Source of the DNA: Saprospiraceae bacterium
Lineage (GTDB): Bacteria; Bacteroidota; Bacteroidia; Chitinophagales; Saprospiraceae
DNA length: 64,000 bases
Reading direction: 5' to 3'
Assembly (NCBI GenBank): GCA_017985675.1
Contig: JAGNXB010000001.1
Location: forward strand, 364,743-428,742
The notes under the pieces were generated by a model. The model saw only the letters and a list, made by a program, of their open reading frames with translations, searched no databases and was not told where the DNA came from. Shown here one piece after another: positions 46,869 through 56,819 of this stretch (the stretch's first letter is position 1; each line of letters begins with the position of its first letter). A program made the translations under genes and the position numbers.

Positions 46869-49148
46869 ATGTTTTTATTTCTCCTGACATTATTGGCCAG
46901 CGGCTGTAGTGTTTACAAATACGTACCCGAAAGTCAAAAGTTGGTTGTAAAAAACAAAGTTGTCGTTACAGTTGAAACCAATGAAGAACCAGCTAAACCG
47001 ATTGCTATCCAGCTCCAGAATTTGATCGAGCAAGCTCCAAACACCAAAGTCTTAGGTTTATTTCGAACGTATCTTTGGATTCACTATCGAAATAAAAAGG
47101 CAAATAAAGACAATCGTTATAGAAGATTCCTGGAATCTAATCTGGCTGAAAAGCCGGTTTATCTCGAGGCAAATATGCTCGATGACAATCTTGAAAATAT
47201 GCTCATTTACCTTAAAAATCAAGGCTATTTTCAGGCAACGGGCACCTATGACGTTAAAATAGACGCTGTGCATCCAGTTGCTACAGTAACATATACACTT
47301 AGCCCCGGACATGCCATTCGTATAAAAACTGCTGATATACGGTCAGCTGACCCTTCGTTGAATCAGTGGTTGCCAGAATTGAATAAACGCAGTTCACTAA
47401 GGCCGGGAATGATCATTAAAAGTGAAACTTACAGCAAGGAAGTGAATCGGATAACGGATTTCCTAAGAAATAACGGGTATGCTTTTTTTTATCCCAATCA
47501 AATTTCACCTTTCCAGGTTGCCTCAGAGGATACGGCCCAACATATTGTCAATGTTTATATAGAACTTCTTTCCTCTGCAGATAAAAAAACCTCAACGTCA
47601 TTAACTATCGGTGATGTTCTTGTCCAGACTGCATTAAAGGATAACCAACCCATGGGATATGACACAATTTACCAAGGGATTCATATTCAGGATGAAAAGA
47701 AGAAACCCTTTATCAACCCGGATGTCCTCTTCCGTGCAATGGATCTTAAGCCGGATTCTCTATATAAAGAGTCAAGATTTACCCGCACGAACCGAAGACT
47801 TTCTATGCTGGGCGTGTATCGTTTTGTAAACATCAGATCCCAACAAGATACATCAGGCAAGAGCGTGAACCTGGACATCCAGTTAACTCCTGCCAACCGT
47901 AGTGCTATCGAATTAGGTGCAGAGGCAAATAATACTACTGCTGTTGGTGACAACTCCAATGTGCTTGGGCTGGCTTTAAGCAGTTCGGTCAGTTCCAGAA
48001 ATCTCTTCAGAAGGGCAATTCGAATGGAATTTACATTGGAACCGAGTGTTGAGACCAATTTGGATCCACTTCAAGTCAATGCGCTTAACGGGAATGCAAA
48101 AATGAAATTTCAATTTCCGTTTTTCGAGGATTATTTCTGGGTTTGGGAAAAGTCTAAACTGTCCAAATGGTATCCCCAATTATGGGATGATGCACGTAGC
48201 CAGGCCTCAGTAAGTTTTACCTACAATAATCTGTTGAATTTCTGGGAAACCCAATATATGAATGTAAATTATGGGTTTGAATACAACCCGACGCCTTCAT
48301 TAAAAGTAACCTTGGATCATTTTCAAGCAGATTATTACCGCAATATCCTCAAAGATGGGTTCAAGGACAGTGCCCCAGAAGGTTCGGAGTTGGCTTTTCA
48401 GAATCAGTTTTTAACCGGATTCTTATTTAGAAGTATCAACGGCGTCTATAATGCCCCACCCAATCGGTATGGCGAAACCTGGGGTTTCAGGGGGGGATTT
48501 GAACAATCCGGCCTTGAGATTCTTGGATTGAATAGCATGGCCCGAATTTTTGACCCAAACACTCCTTTTTGGAAGGCGGGGGATATTCGATTTGCTAAAT
48601 ATCTTCGAGGAGAAGGTCAATGGACATATGCCCGAAACTTTGGCGGCGGTCGGGTTGGCGTAACACGCATAGGTGGCGGATTAATCGTACCATTGGCAGA
48701 TAGTCCATCTAGTCCATATCTCAAGCAATTTGCCGTAGGCGGACCCTCCAGCATGCGCGGATGGCTCAATGGTCAGCTGGGCCCGGGAAGTTATAGAAAT
48801 ATAAATAAGGATCGGCCACCCTATTTTCAAAGAGGAGATTTACGGCTCGAAGCAAATATTGAATGGAGGCAAAAGATATTCTGGATACTTGAAGGCGCTA
48901 TCTTTTTCGATGCGGGTAATGTATGGACACTTAAAGAGACAGATGAACAACCAGGTGGCGGCCTTCGTGATATGCACAAGGAATGGGCCCTTGCTGGTGG
49001 TGCAGGAATCCGACTCAATTTTAATTTTTTTGTAATAGTATATGATGTAGGAGCCAAATTGCGCTACCCCTACCAAGTCAATGGCTCATACTGGGCTAAG
49101 AAACCTGAACTGAACTTTCTTAATCTTTTGATCAATTATCCTTTTTAG
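46869..49148 (+). CDS. tamL: Omp85-family outer membrane protein, TamL-like lipoprotein
   Basis: The ATG at 46869 gives MFLFLLTLLASGC, a lipoprotein signal with a Cys lipobox. A POTRA-like region is followed by a C-terminal bacterial surface antigen barrel (GGPSSMRGW..., ending in aromatic ...NYPF). Confidence 0.7.
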   Translation: MFLFLLTLLASGCSVYKYVPESQKLVVKNKVVVTVETNEEPAKPIAIQLQNLIEQAPNTKVLGLFRTYLWIHYRNKKANKDNRYRRFLESNLAEKPVYLEANMLDDNLENMLIYLKNQGYFQATGTYDVKIDAVHPVATVTYTLSPGHAIRIKTADIRSADPSLNQWLPELNKRSSLRPGMIIKSETYSKEVNRITDFLRNNGYAFFYPNQISPFQVASEDTAQHIVNVYIELLSSADKKTSTSLTIGDVLVQTALKDNQPMGYDTIYQGIHIQDEKKKPFINPDVLFRAMDLKPDSLYKESRFTRTNRRLSMLGVYRFVNIRSQQDTSGKSVNLDIQLTPANRSAIELGAEANNTTAVGDNSNVLGLALSSSVSSRNLFRRAIRMEFTLEPSVETNLDPLQVNALNGNAKMKFQFPFFEDYFWVWEKSKLSKWYPQLWDDARSQASVSFTYNNLLNFWETQYMNVNYGFEYNPTPSLKVTLDHFQADYYRNILKDGFKDSAPEGSELAFQNQFLTGFLFRSINGVYNAPPNRYGETWGFRGGFEQSGLEILGLNSMARIFDPNTPFWKAGDIRFAKYLRGEGQWTYARNFGGGRVGVTRIGGGLIVPLADSPSSPYLKQFAVGGPSSMRGWLNGQLGPGSYRNINKDRPPYFQRGDLRLEANIEWRQKIFWILEGAIFFDAGNVWTLKETDEQPGGGLRDMHKEWALAGGAGIRLNFNFFVIVYDVGAKLRYPYQVNGSYWAKKPELNFLNLLINYPF

Positions 49149-49830
49149 GCTTGGTAGAAGATTTATACACTTTTTTTGTGCTTTCACCATCAAAATCTTT
49201 GAATAATGATTTACGACCATGCATTGAACAAATTGGACATACATAGGGATTGTGGCCTCTAGCTGGACAGTAGGACCTTCCAAAAAATATAATCTGAAGA
49301 TGTAACTTATTCCAAAGTGATTCAGGAAAAAGCCGTTTGAGATCAGATTCAGTTTGAACCACGTTTTTTCCGTTGGAAAGTCCCCATCGGTATGCAAGAC
49401 GATGGATGTGCGTGTCGACTGGAAATGCAGGTGCGCCGAAGGCTTGACTCATTACAACTGAGGCAGTTTTATGTCCTACGCCAGGTAAAGATTCCAAGGC
49501 ATGAATTTCATTGGGCACATGACCATCATACTTTTCAAGGAGGATTTCAGAAAGTCGGTGGATGGCTTTGGATTTGGCAGGTGCTAAGCCACAGGGGCGA
49601 ATGATGTCTTCAATTTGCGTGGCTGTAAGTTTTACAATTTCTGCTGGCGTCTTAGCTTTTGCCCAGAGGAGTGGCGTGATTTGATTTACTCTTTCATCTG
49701 TACACTGGGCAGATAGCAGTACGGCCACCAGCAAAGAAAAATTGTCTTCATGCTTCAATGGAATGGGTGTTTCAGGAAAGAGCTTTTCGAGTATATGGAC
49801 AATATCCTGACATTTTTCCGCTTTATTCAT
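49132..49830 (-). CDS. nth: Endonuclease III
   Basis: LLVAVLLSAQCTDERVN and the HhH-GPD segment LPGVGHKTASVV. The Cys cluster CPARGHNPYVCPIC is followed by a basic tail. ATG at 49830 checked. Confidence 0.88.
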   Translation of the reverse strand: MNKAEKCQDIVHILEKLFPETPIPLKHEDNFSLLVAVLLSAQCTDERVNQITPLLWAKAKTPAEIVKLTATQIEDIIRPCGLAPAKSKAIHRLSEILLEKYDGHVPNEIHALESLPGVGHKTASVVMSQAFGAPAFPVDTHIHRLAYRWGLSNGKNVVQTESDLKRLFPESLWNKLHLQIIFFGRSYCPARGHNPYVCPICSMHGRKSLFKDFDGESTKKVYKSSTKPKKDN

Positions 49831-50854
49831 TGGATAGAGATTGTAAAAAAGCCATGGTATCTGCGCCATCAGCATAATCCGTTAGGGACGGACACTGCGA
49901 GGAACCAGGTTTTAAAGTTTCCCAACCTGGGATGGATACTTTGGCAATGAGGCATTGAATGGAGGACCGATTGGATTCAAGACTTGACTGTAAGGCTGTA
50001 TCTGAATCATAAAACTGGTAGTTTATTGTTCCTACTGGTGAATTATAAGATTCATTTTCTACTAGCAAGACCGTTTCCCCTTGATAAAAATCGACCTTAT
50101 TTAATAATAGTATGGCGTACTGGTATTCATAATTATTGCAGTATTTATGGTGGTCCATAATCCATTTGTACTTATCTAATGCGCTCAAAAGGGGAACAAA
50201 ATCATAACCATGAGGAACATATATCTTTGAAACATTCCGGCAGCCTAATCCAAAATAGGAGAAAATATCCTCTCCAAGCTGGTGAAGATCTTCGGGCAAT
50301 TCACTTCCATTTAGTACAGCAATGCCACTTCTATTGGCTCTGATGAGGTGAGGATACTTTCCAAAATAGGCATTAAAATACCGGGCAGAGTTGTTACTAC
50401 CCGTTGCGATGACCGCATCCAGGCCATGCAGCCGGTCTGTAATTTCCCAACTATTTGCAAATTGTGGGACCTGGGAAACCATCCAATCCAACAAATGTGG
50501 CATTAAGAGAGAATCTTTGTCAGACAGTTTGATCAATGCCTTGTGACCGGACAAAACCACACTAAGCAAATCATGAAAGCCTACTAAAGGGATATTGCCA
50601 GCCATTACCAAGCCGATTGTCTGAATATGATGTTGGTAAATGGGAATTGAATATAAAACAGCCCAATCTGTCAAAAGCCCTTTCTTAAGGAAATTTTCTC
50701 GTATTTGTTGTAAAGCCTTGCGATAGTTTTGAATAGTAAACCAACCATTTTGATGGCTTGATTTGAGCATGATATCTGTCAAGGCAGGTTCCTCTCTTTC
50801 AAGGTATTCGCCCAGTTGGACTAAAAGTTCTATCCGCTCCTTTAATGACAACAT
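49823..50854 (-). CDS. LuxC-like acyl-CoA reductase family protein
   Basis: Size and sequence resemble the Bacteroidota proteins I remember annotated as acyl-CoA reductase (PF05893-like). Recognition is weak. Confidence 0.45.
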   Translation of the reverse strand: MLSLKERIELLVQLGEYLEREEPALTDIMLKSSHQNGWFTIQNYRKALQQIRENFLKKGLLTDWAVLYSIPIYQHHIQTIGLVMAGNIPLVGFHDLLSVVLSGHKALIKLSDKDSLLMPHLLDWMVSQVPQFANSWEITDRLHGLDAVIATGSNNSARYFNAYFGKYPHLIRANRSGIAVLNGSELPEDLHQLGEDIFSYFGLGCRNVSKIYVPHGYDFVPLLSALDKYKWIMDHHKYCNNYEYQYAILLLNKVDFYQGETVLLVENESYNSPVGTINYQFYDSDTALQSSLESNRSSIQCLIAKVSIPGWETLKPGSSQCPSLTDYADGADTMAFLQSLSNE

Positions 50855-50859
50855 ATGCC

Positions 50860-52014
50860 TTAACTGTTTGTATTTTTTTCTTCAATAAATCCATTCCATA
50901 GTTCCAGGACATTCTTGAAATCGGCTGGTAAGGGGCTCTCAAAATGAACAAATTGTTCAGTCGAAGGATGAATAAACCCTAACGTAGATGCATGAAGTGC
51001 TTGTCGAGGTAAAACTTCAAATGCTTTCTGCACAAAGTGTTTATACTTCGAATAAACAGTGCCTTTGATAATTTTATCACCTCCGTATTTGGCATCATTA
51101 AAAAGCGGATGCCCCAAATATTTCATGTGAACACGGATCTGATGGGTCCGACCAGTTTCTAATTGACATTCCAATAGACTAACATAATAAAACGATTTCA
51201 AAAGCCGGTAATGAGTAATTGCATGTTTGCCTCCATCACCATCGGGAAAAACGTCTTGTTTCTGTTTGATTTTAGTGTGTTTGCCGACAGGTACATTTAC
51301 TGTTCCAGAATGGGGATCCGGCTCGCCCCACACTAAAGCAAGGTATTTCCGGCTAATGCTATGATCAAAAAACTGTCGCGCCAAGTGGCTCATAGCATAT
51401 TCCGTTTTTGCAATTACGAGCAATCCTGAAGTGTCTTTGTCAATACGATGTACCAATCCTGGTCGATCGACTATAGCGCCTGGCATGACAGGAAGTTCGT
51501 GATGCTGGAAGTGATACGCCAGCGCATTAACAAGAGTGCCATCAAAATTGCTGATACCTGGATGTACCACCATGCCAGCTTTTTTATTTACTATCAAGAG
51601 CGTGTCATCTTCATATAGAATGTCAAGGGGCAAATCCTGAGCAATAACCTTCCCCAATCCCTCAAGCGTCCGAGGTAACACAACTTTAATGGCATCCCTG
51701 GGTTTAATGCGATAATTGGCTTTGATCTTTAGGTCATTGACCAAGACGGCCCCAGACTTTATGGCATTTTGAATCTTATTCCTTGTAGCCCGCTCCAGTC
51801 TGTCTGTCAAAAATTTGTCAATACGAAGTAAGCCCTGACCAGGATCAACTCTAATCTCAAATTCTTCATAAAATTCGTCCGCCTCTTCCAGGTCAGGTCT
51901 AATATCATCTGGTTCCTTCAACTTCTTTTTATATTTTTCGGCCCTAAAGTTACACCCGTCCTTATGAAAAGTGATTTCAACACCCTTTGTGTCCAAAAAC
52001 TTGATGTACCACAT
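50860..52014 (-). CDS. rluD: RluA/RluD-family pseudouridine synthase
   Basis: S4 domain (RIDKFL...) and the catalytic HRIDKDTSGLL motif. The N-terminal ~45 aa are unusual, so the start codon is uncertain. The track start overlaps the divergent gene by 51 nt. Confidence 0.8.
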   Translation of the reverse strand: MWYIKFLDTKGVEITFHKDGCNFRAEKYKKKLKEPDDIRPDLEEADEFYEEFEIRVDPGQGLLRIDKFLTDRLERATRNKIQNAIKSGAVLVNDLKIKANYRIKPRDAIKVVLPRTLEGLGKVIAQDLPLDILYEDDTLLIVNKKAGMVVHPGISNFDGTLVNALAYHFQHHELPVMPGAIVDRPGLVHRIDKDTSGLLVIAKTEYAMSHLARQFFDHSISRKYLALVWGEPDPHSGTVNVPVGKHTKIKQKQDVFPDGDGGKHAITHYRLLKSFYYVSLLECQLETGRTHQIRVHMKYLGHPLFNDAKYGGDKIIKGTVYSKYKHFVQKAFEVLPRQALHASTLGFIHPSTEQFVHFESPLPADFKNVLELWNGFIEEKNTNS

Positions 52015-53160
52015 AGCAACTCTACACAGCAGTTGCCCTTATATCTGAGCTCCTCTTTTGCTTTTGAACGAGTTGAAGATAGTATAGAAATCTTCGAAGG
52101 GAAAACCCCTGGTTATGTTTATAGCCGATACGGAAACCCAACCATTGATGCCGTTGCAAATCGATTAGCGGCCTTGGAAGGTTTTGGCTTGGCTCAAGAA
52201 GCTACGGCGTTGTTAACCAGTTCTGGTATGGCAGCCATCCATGTTCTACTGCTGGGATTGATGCCGAAGGGGGGGAAAGTGTTAACTCAGGCAAACTTAT
52301 ATGGGGGAACAACTGAGCTCTTTGAAAAAGTAATGAGAGGCTTGGGTATCATCCCGATTTTTGAGAATCTGGATAATTTGGAGTATGTACGATCATTATT
52401 AATCACAGATCCGGAAATACGTGTATTGTACCTCGAAAGTCCCACCAATCCAACCTTGAATTGTCTCGACCTGGAAAACTTAAGTGTTTTAGCGAGGGAA
52501 CATGGATGTAAAACCGTAGTAGACAACACCTTTTGCACGCCATATCTTCAGCGTCCACTATCTAAAGGTTGTGACTTTGTTATCCATTCGACGACCAAAT
52601 ATTTGAATGGTCATGGCACAGGTATAGCGGGAGCCATCATTGGTCTTGATAAAACAATTATGCTAAATCAGGTTTGGCAGGTCCTGAAACTAACTGGTGC
52701 TACTTGCAATCCATTTGATGCCTGGATGGTTGCAAATGGTATCCGGACATTGCCGTTGAGAATGGAACGGCATTGTTTGAATGCTACAAAATTGGCTTCA
52801 TGGCTGGAAATGCATCCTAAAGTGACTCAAGTGAATTACCCGGGATTGACATCGCATAAAAGTCACCTCATCGCAAAAAAACAAATGAATGATTTTGGGG
52901 GAATGCTGAGTTTTGATGTAGGAGCTGATCGATCTGGTGCACTCGCCGTGATGAATAAACTTCGCATTGCCAGTATTGCTCCTACACTTGGCGATGTGGA
53001 CACATTAATTTTACATCCTGCATCAAGCTCCCACATAAAAATCAACCCATCAGTAAGAACCACACAAGGCATAACTGAAGGTTTAATACGTGTTTCTGTA
53101 GGGATTGAGGCCAGTAGTGCCTTAATACAAGACTTCGATCAGGCCCTGTCTGTATTATAA
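51964..53160 (+). CDS. Cys/Met-metabolism PLP-dependent enzyme (cystathionine gamma-synthase / O-acetylhomoserine sulfhydrylase / methionine gamma-lyase family)
   Basis: YSRYGNPT and HSTTKYLNGHG (PLP lysine). Typical ~400-aa length. Confidence 0.8.
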   Translation: MKSDFNTLCVQKLDVPHSNSTQQLPLYLSSSFAFERVEDSIEIFEGKTPGYVYSRYGNPTIDAVANRLAALEGFGLAQEATALLTSSGMAAIHVLLLGLMPKGGKVLTQANLYGGTTELFEKVMRGLGIIPIFENLDNLEYVRSLLITDPEIRVLYLESPTNPTLNCLDLENLSVLAREHGCKTVVDNTFCTPYLQRPLSKGCDFVIHSTTKYLNGHGTGIAGAIIGLDKTIMLNQVWQVLKLTGATCNPFDAWMVANGIRTLPLRMERHCLNATKLASWLEMHPKVTQVNYPGLTSHKSHLIAKKQMNDFGGMLSFDVGADRSGALAVMNKLRIASIAPTLGDVDTLILHPASSSHIKINPSVRTTQGITEGLIRVSVGIEASSALIQDFDQALSVL

Positions 53161-53658
53161 TTGGCCACGTTTTCCAAATTCGACAGCCGACAACTCAAGG
53201 ATTTTACCTTGATGGATTGAAAAAGTGAGCATGGTACGCATAACATGAAACCCATGGTTGCCTGCTGCGCCTGGATTCATGTGCAAATGTTTCATCTTTT
53301 GATCCCGCATTACTTTTAAAATATGCGAATGTCCGCAGATTACCAGATCAGGTTTAAAATTCAGGATTTCAGATTTTATTCTACTATTATATCTCCCGGG
53401 GTATCCTCCTATATGTGTCATCAACACAGTAGTTTGTTCAATAGTGAAAAAGGCATTTTCCGGGTATTGTCGTCGTAGTTGTCCCCCATCTATATTTCCA
53501 TATACTGCTCTTACGGGTGCAATGTTTTCAAGATCCTGAATCACTTGCATATTGCCAATGTCTCCAGCATGCCAAATTTCATTACAAGTTTTGGCTATTT
53601 CAATTATTTCTGCGCCCATATATCCGTGGGTATCGGAAAGTAAACCAATGCGGATCAT
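53155..53658 (-). CDS. YfcE/MJ0936-like metallophosphoesterase
   Basis: LSDTHG, HAGDIG, GNIDG and CGHSH motifs. Confidence 0.8.
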   Translation of the reverse strand: MIRIGLLSDTHGYMGAEIIEIAKTCNEIWHAGDIGNMQVIQDLENIAPVRAVYGNIDGGQLRRQYPENAFFTIEQTTVLMTHIGGYPGRYNSRIKSEILNFKPDLVICGHSHILKVMRDQKMKHLHMNPGAAGNHGFHVMRTMLTFSIHQGKILELSAVEFGKRGQL

Positions 53659-54620
53659 GCTGGAATCTGGAGGATGATTTTCCCAAATTGAGCTCCTTGT
53701 GCCATTCGTTGAAAGGCTCTGGCCCCCTCATTCAATGGATAGACTTTATCGATGTTGGGTGCAAGTTGATGTTGGTTAATGAAAGCAAGCATTAGCTCAA
53801 AATCTTGTTTACTGCCCATTGTTGAACCGATGATTTGGAGTTGTTTCCAGAAAATAATTTGAGGAACCAATGGACCTGTAGGCCCCACAGTGCCACCATA
53901 CAGCACAATACGACCACCTGGCTTTGCAAGTTTGATATAATCTGAAAGTGCGGGACCACTTGCTCCATCAATAACAAGATCAAATCCGCCAGCTTTTTTC
54001 GCCGCATCAGTCCATTGAATCTCCTTATAATTAAAACTACCGGCAGCACCCATTCGTTTTGACAGAGCTAATTTTTCATCACTACTAGAACTTACCCAAA
54101 CTTCAGCACCGATGGCAAGTGCAAATTGAAATGCCCATAGCGCAACACCTCCTCCAATTCCTGTAATAAGAACGCGTTCAGCAGATTTTAATTGGCCTTG
54201 GGTGAATAAGGCACGGTAGGCTGTCACACCGGCCAGGGGTATAGCAGTGGCCTCTTCAAAGCTAAGATGGGGAGGCATAGGATATACCTGGTTTTGAGGA
54301 ACATGGACACATTGGCTAAATGTTCCATTGTCAGGCATGCCCAAAATTTTGAAATCGGCGCTTTGAAATCGCTCATCATCCCCCCATTCCATGCCAGGAT
54401 TGATGATTACAGGCTGATTATCCAGAAATCCAGCTCCGTCACTGCCGGGTATAATTGGATAGGTAAGACCTGCATAAAGTCCTTTTTGGATCCATATATC
54501 CCGATGGTTTATCGAAGCGGCTCTTAATTGAATAGCCACCCATCCCTCCGCGGGAGGAGGTAAATCAATATCTTCTATCGCAGGTACATTCTCTTTACCC
54601 TTAAGAATAAGTGCTAACAT
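53655..54620 (-). CDS. Zinc-type alcohol dehydrogenase-like / NADPH:quinone oxidoreductase (MDR superfamily)
   Basis: GSDGAG and GIGGGVALWAFQFA Rossmann segments. Its start overlaps the downstream gene by 4 nt. Confidence 0.75.
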   Translation of the reverse strand: MLALILKGKENVPAIEDIDLPPPAEGWVAIQLRAASINHRDIWIQKGLYAGLTYPIIPGSDGAGFLDNQPVIINPGMEWGDDERFQSADFKILGMPDNGTFSQCVHVPQNQVYPMPPHLSFEEATAIPLAGVTAYRALFTQGQLKSAERVLITGIGGGVALWAFQFALAIGAEVWVSSSSDEKLALSKRMGAAGSFNYKEIQWTDAAKKAGGFDLVIDGASGPALSDYIKLAKPGGRIVLYGGTVGPTGPLVPQIIFWKQLQIIGSTMGSKQDFELMLAFINQHQLAPNIDKVYPLNEGARAFQRMAQGAQFGKIILQIPA

Positions 54621-54689
54621 TTTACAAAGATAAGCAGCGTTTAGGCCTGATGATGGTTCTAGTAATCAATATTCAAGACCCCTAAAAAT

Positions 54690-56810
54690 ATGAAAAAGAC
54701 AACAATCACTTTAAGTTTCTTCTTTTTGGTTTTTTTCTTTACAATGACTGGCTATGGTTATAGTATTGCGAAGCCAAACACTTCAGCGTGTGAGATTTAT
54801 AATCTTGTTGTTGAAAAGGGTGATTGTACATCTGATACTACGTATACGTTAACCATCAATTTCCAATATGTAAATGTAGGTGGTGATGGTTTTGATTTGT
54901 GGGCTAATGGGCAGTTTTTTGGATATTATTTTTATAATCAATTACCTCTTACCATACCCAATTTTCCGAAAAGTGGAAATAACAACGATTGGATTGAGGT
55001 GTGTGACAATGACAATGAAAATTGTTGTCGCACTAAAGAATTTGATACGAAAGAATGTGAACAGCCAAATGATTGTAGCATTTCAGAGGTTCAGATTGAA
55101 AAAGGAGAATGTACTTCTGATTCAACTTATGAATTGACGCTTAATTTTCAATATGTCAATGTCCAGAGTGCTCTTTTTGACCTTTGGGTCAACGGAAGTT
55201 ACTTTGATAACTACCAATATGCGGATCTACCCATCACAATTGTCGACTTTCCCAAAAGTGGAAATAGCCATGATTGGATCAAGATTTGTGACAACGATAA
55301 TCCGTTCTGTTGTAAAATACATGAATTTTTATCTAAAGAATGTGGAAACAATGAAGAATGTGACATTAAAGAACTCATTGTTGAAGCCGGAGAATGCAAT
55401 GAGGATGGATTTTTCTTTGTTGAAATCGATTTTATGGTTGAAAACCCTACAGGTGACGCATTCAAAGTCTTAGGCAATGGAATGAATCACGGCGAGTTCC
55501 AGTACAGTGATTTACCCATTACAATCGGCCCTTTGGCTGGAGATTGTAAAAAAGAATGGGAGTTTGTAGTAAAGGATATAGAGAATGCTGATTGTTTTGA
55601 AGTATTTGAATTAGGAAAGAAGTGCTGTGAAGAGTCGGAATGTCAAATAAGCGAATTAGGAATAGATGTTGGGGATTGCAATGAAGATGGCACCTATAAA
55701 ATGTGGGTGAATTTTCAATTTACACCTGGCCAGAGTGATAGCTTTAAGGTGTATGCTAATGGGGCTTACTTTGGTATTTATCCTTACGCATTGCCTTTGT
55801 TCATTCCAAATTTTCCAAAATCAGGTGGAAACAATGACTGGATAAAGATTTGTGATAGTGAACATAATGAGTGTTGTGCGATTAAAGAGTTTGAATCTCC
55901 TGAATGCGAAGGCAATAATGATTGCATGATTAAAGAACTAAGTGTGGAGTATGAATGTGATGGAGAGGAAATATTCTATGTGCACATTAACTTTCTTCCA
56001 ATCAATCCTGGTTCAAATGGTTTCAAAGTCAAAGGAAATGGTATCGTTTACGGCGAATATAACTATGCTGATTTACCAATAGTCATTGGGCCCTTAGATG
56101 CCAATTGTTCTACTGAATATGAATTTCTTATTCAGGACAAAGAATTTTTGGATTGTGAAAAAGTTTTTGAATTGGGCAAAGTTTGTTGTCAGGAAGAAGA
56201 ATGTAAAATTCTTGAATTGGAAGTAGAGGTTGGTGAATGTACTACGGACTCTACCTATCAGATTATTATAAATTTTGGTTATCAGCAACCAGGGAATGAT
56301 TATTTTGATCTTTGGTTAAATGGTGAATTTCATGGATATCATCTGCTAGCCAATTTGCCGCTCACTATCCCGGATTTCATGCCAAGCGGAAATTCAAAAG
56401 ATAAAGTCAAAGTATGCATAAATGATGCACCAGACTGTTGTGCTGATATCTATTTTTTCCCACCCAATTGTCTTCTTTACCAGCCTGCTTACGCATATGC
56501 TTATACAGGAAAGGACAAACAAAAACAAAATGAAGACGTCGAAGTACAGGGTAAATCTTTGCGCATAAATCCAATTGGAATAACCATCAATTCACACCAG
56601 TACATTTTTGCACCTTCTGGTAATTGGGCAACTATTCAAGATATCCAAGTAGTAGATCTTACGGGCAGGATATTGGGCTCAAGGCAGGTGGAAAATGCAC
56701 AGGATTTGGTGATTTTTACAAGTCCTGAAAATACACTAACCGGAATTTATTTCGTCCAAATCAAGACGGATAACAGATTGGAAACATTTAAAGTATTTCT
56801 AGGAAATTAA
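54690..56810 (+). CDS. Secreted repeat protein: six tandem ~94-aa six-cysteine domains plus T9SS C-terminal sorting domain
   Basis: Signal peptide. The repeats span residues 34-594 (nt 54789-56471), each starting C-x-I-x-E-L and containing FDLW.NG or FKV.GNG, DLPITI, and a CC pair. The C-terminal ~80 aa (VVDLTGRILG...GIYFVQIKTDN...KV) look like a T9SS CTD. Confidence 0.8.
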   Translation: MKKTTITLSFFFLVFFFTMTGYGYSIAKPNTSACEIYNLVVEKGDCTSDTTYTLTINFQYVNVGGDGFDLWANGQFFGYYFYNQLPLTIPNFPKSGNNNDWIEVCDNDNENCCRTKEFDTKECEQPNDCSISEVQIEKGECTSDSTYELTLNFQYVNVQSALFDLWVNGSYFDNYQYADLPITIVDFPKSGNSHDWIKICDNDNPFCCKIHEFLSKECGNNEECDIKELIVEAGECNEDGFFFVEIDFMVENPTGDAFKVLGNGMNHGEFQYSDLPITIGPLAGDCKKEWEFVVKDIENADCFEVFELGKKCCEESECQISELGIDVGDCNEDGTYKMWVNFQFTPGQSDSFKVYANGAYFGIYPYALPLFIPNFPKSGGNNDWIKICDSEHNECCAIKEFESPECEGNNDCMIKELSVEYECDGEEIFYVHINFLPINPGSNGFKVKGNGIVYGEYNYADLPIVIGPLDANCSTEYEFLIQDKEFLDCEKVFELGKVCCQEEECKILELEVEVGECTTDSTYQIIINFGYQQPGNDYFDLWLNGEFHGYHLLANLPLTIPDFMPSGNSKDKVKVCINDAPDCCADIYFFPPNCLLYQPAYAYAYTGKDKQKQNEDVEVQGKSLRINPIGITINSHQYIFAPSGNWATIQDIQVVDLTGRILGSRQVENAQDLVIFTSPENTLTGIYFVQIKTDNRLETFKVFLGN

Positions 56811-56819
56811 ACATGTCGT

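Noticed and set aside
46806-46870. The longest-ORF starts for the divergent trmH-like (46870) and Omp85 (46806) genes would make the two genes overlap head-to-head by 65 nt.
   Set aside because: Internal ATGs (46807 and 46869) give a canonical lipoprotein signal for the Omp85 protein and a normal TrmH N-terminus, and they restore a 61-nt intergenic region.
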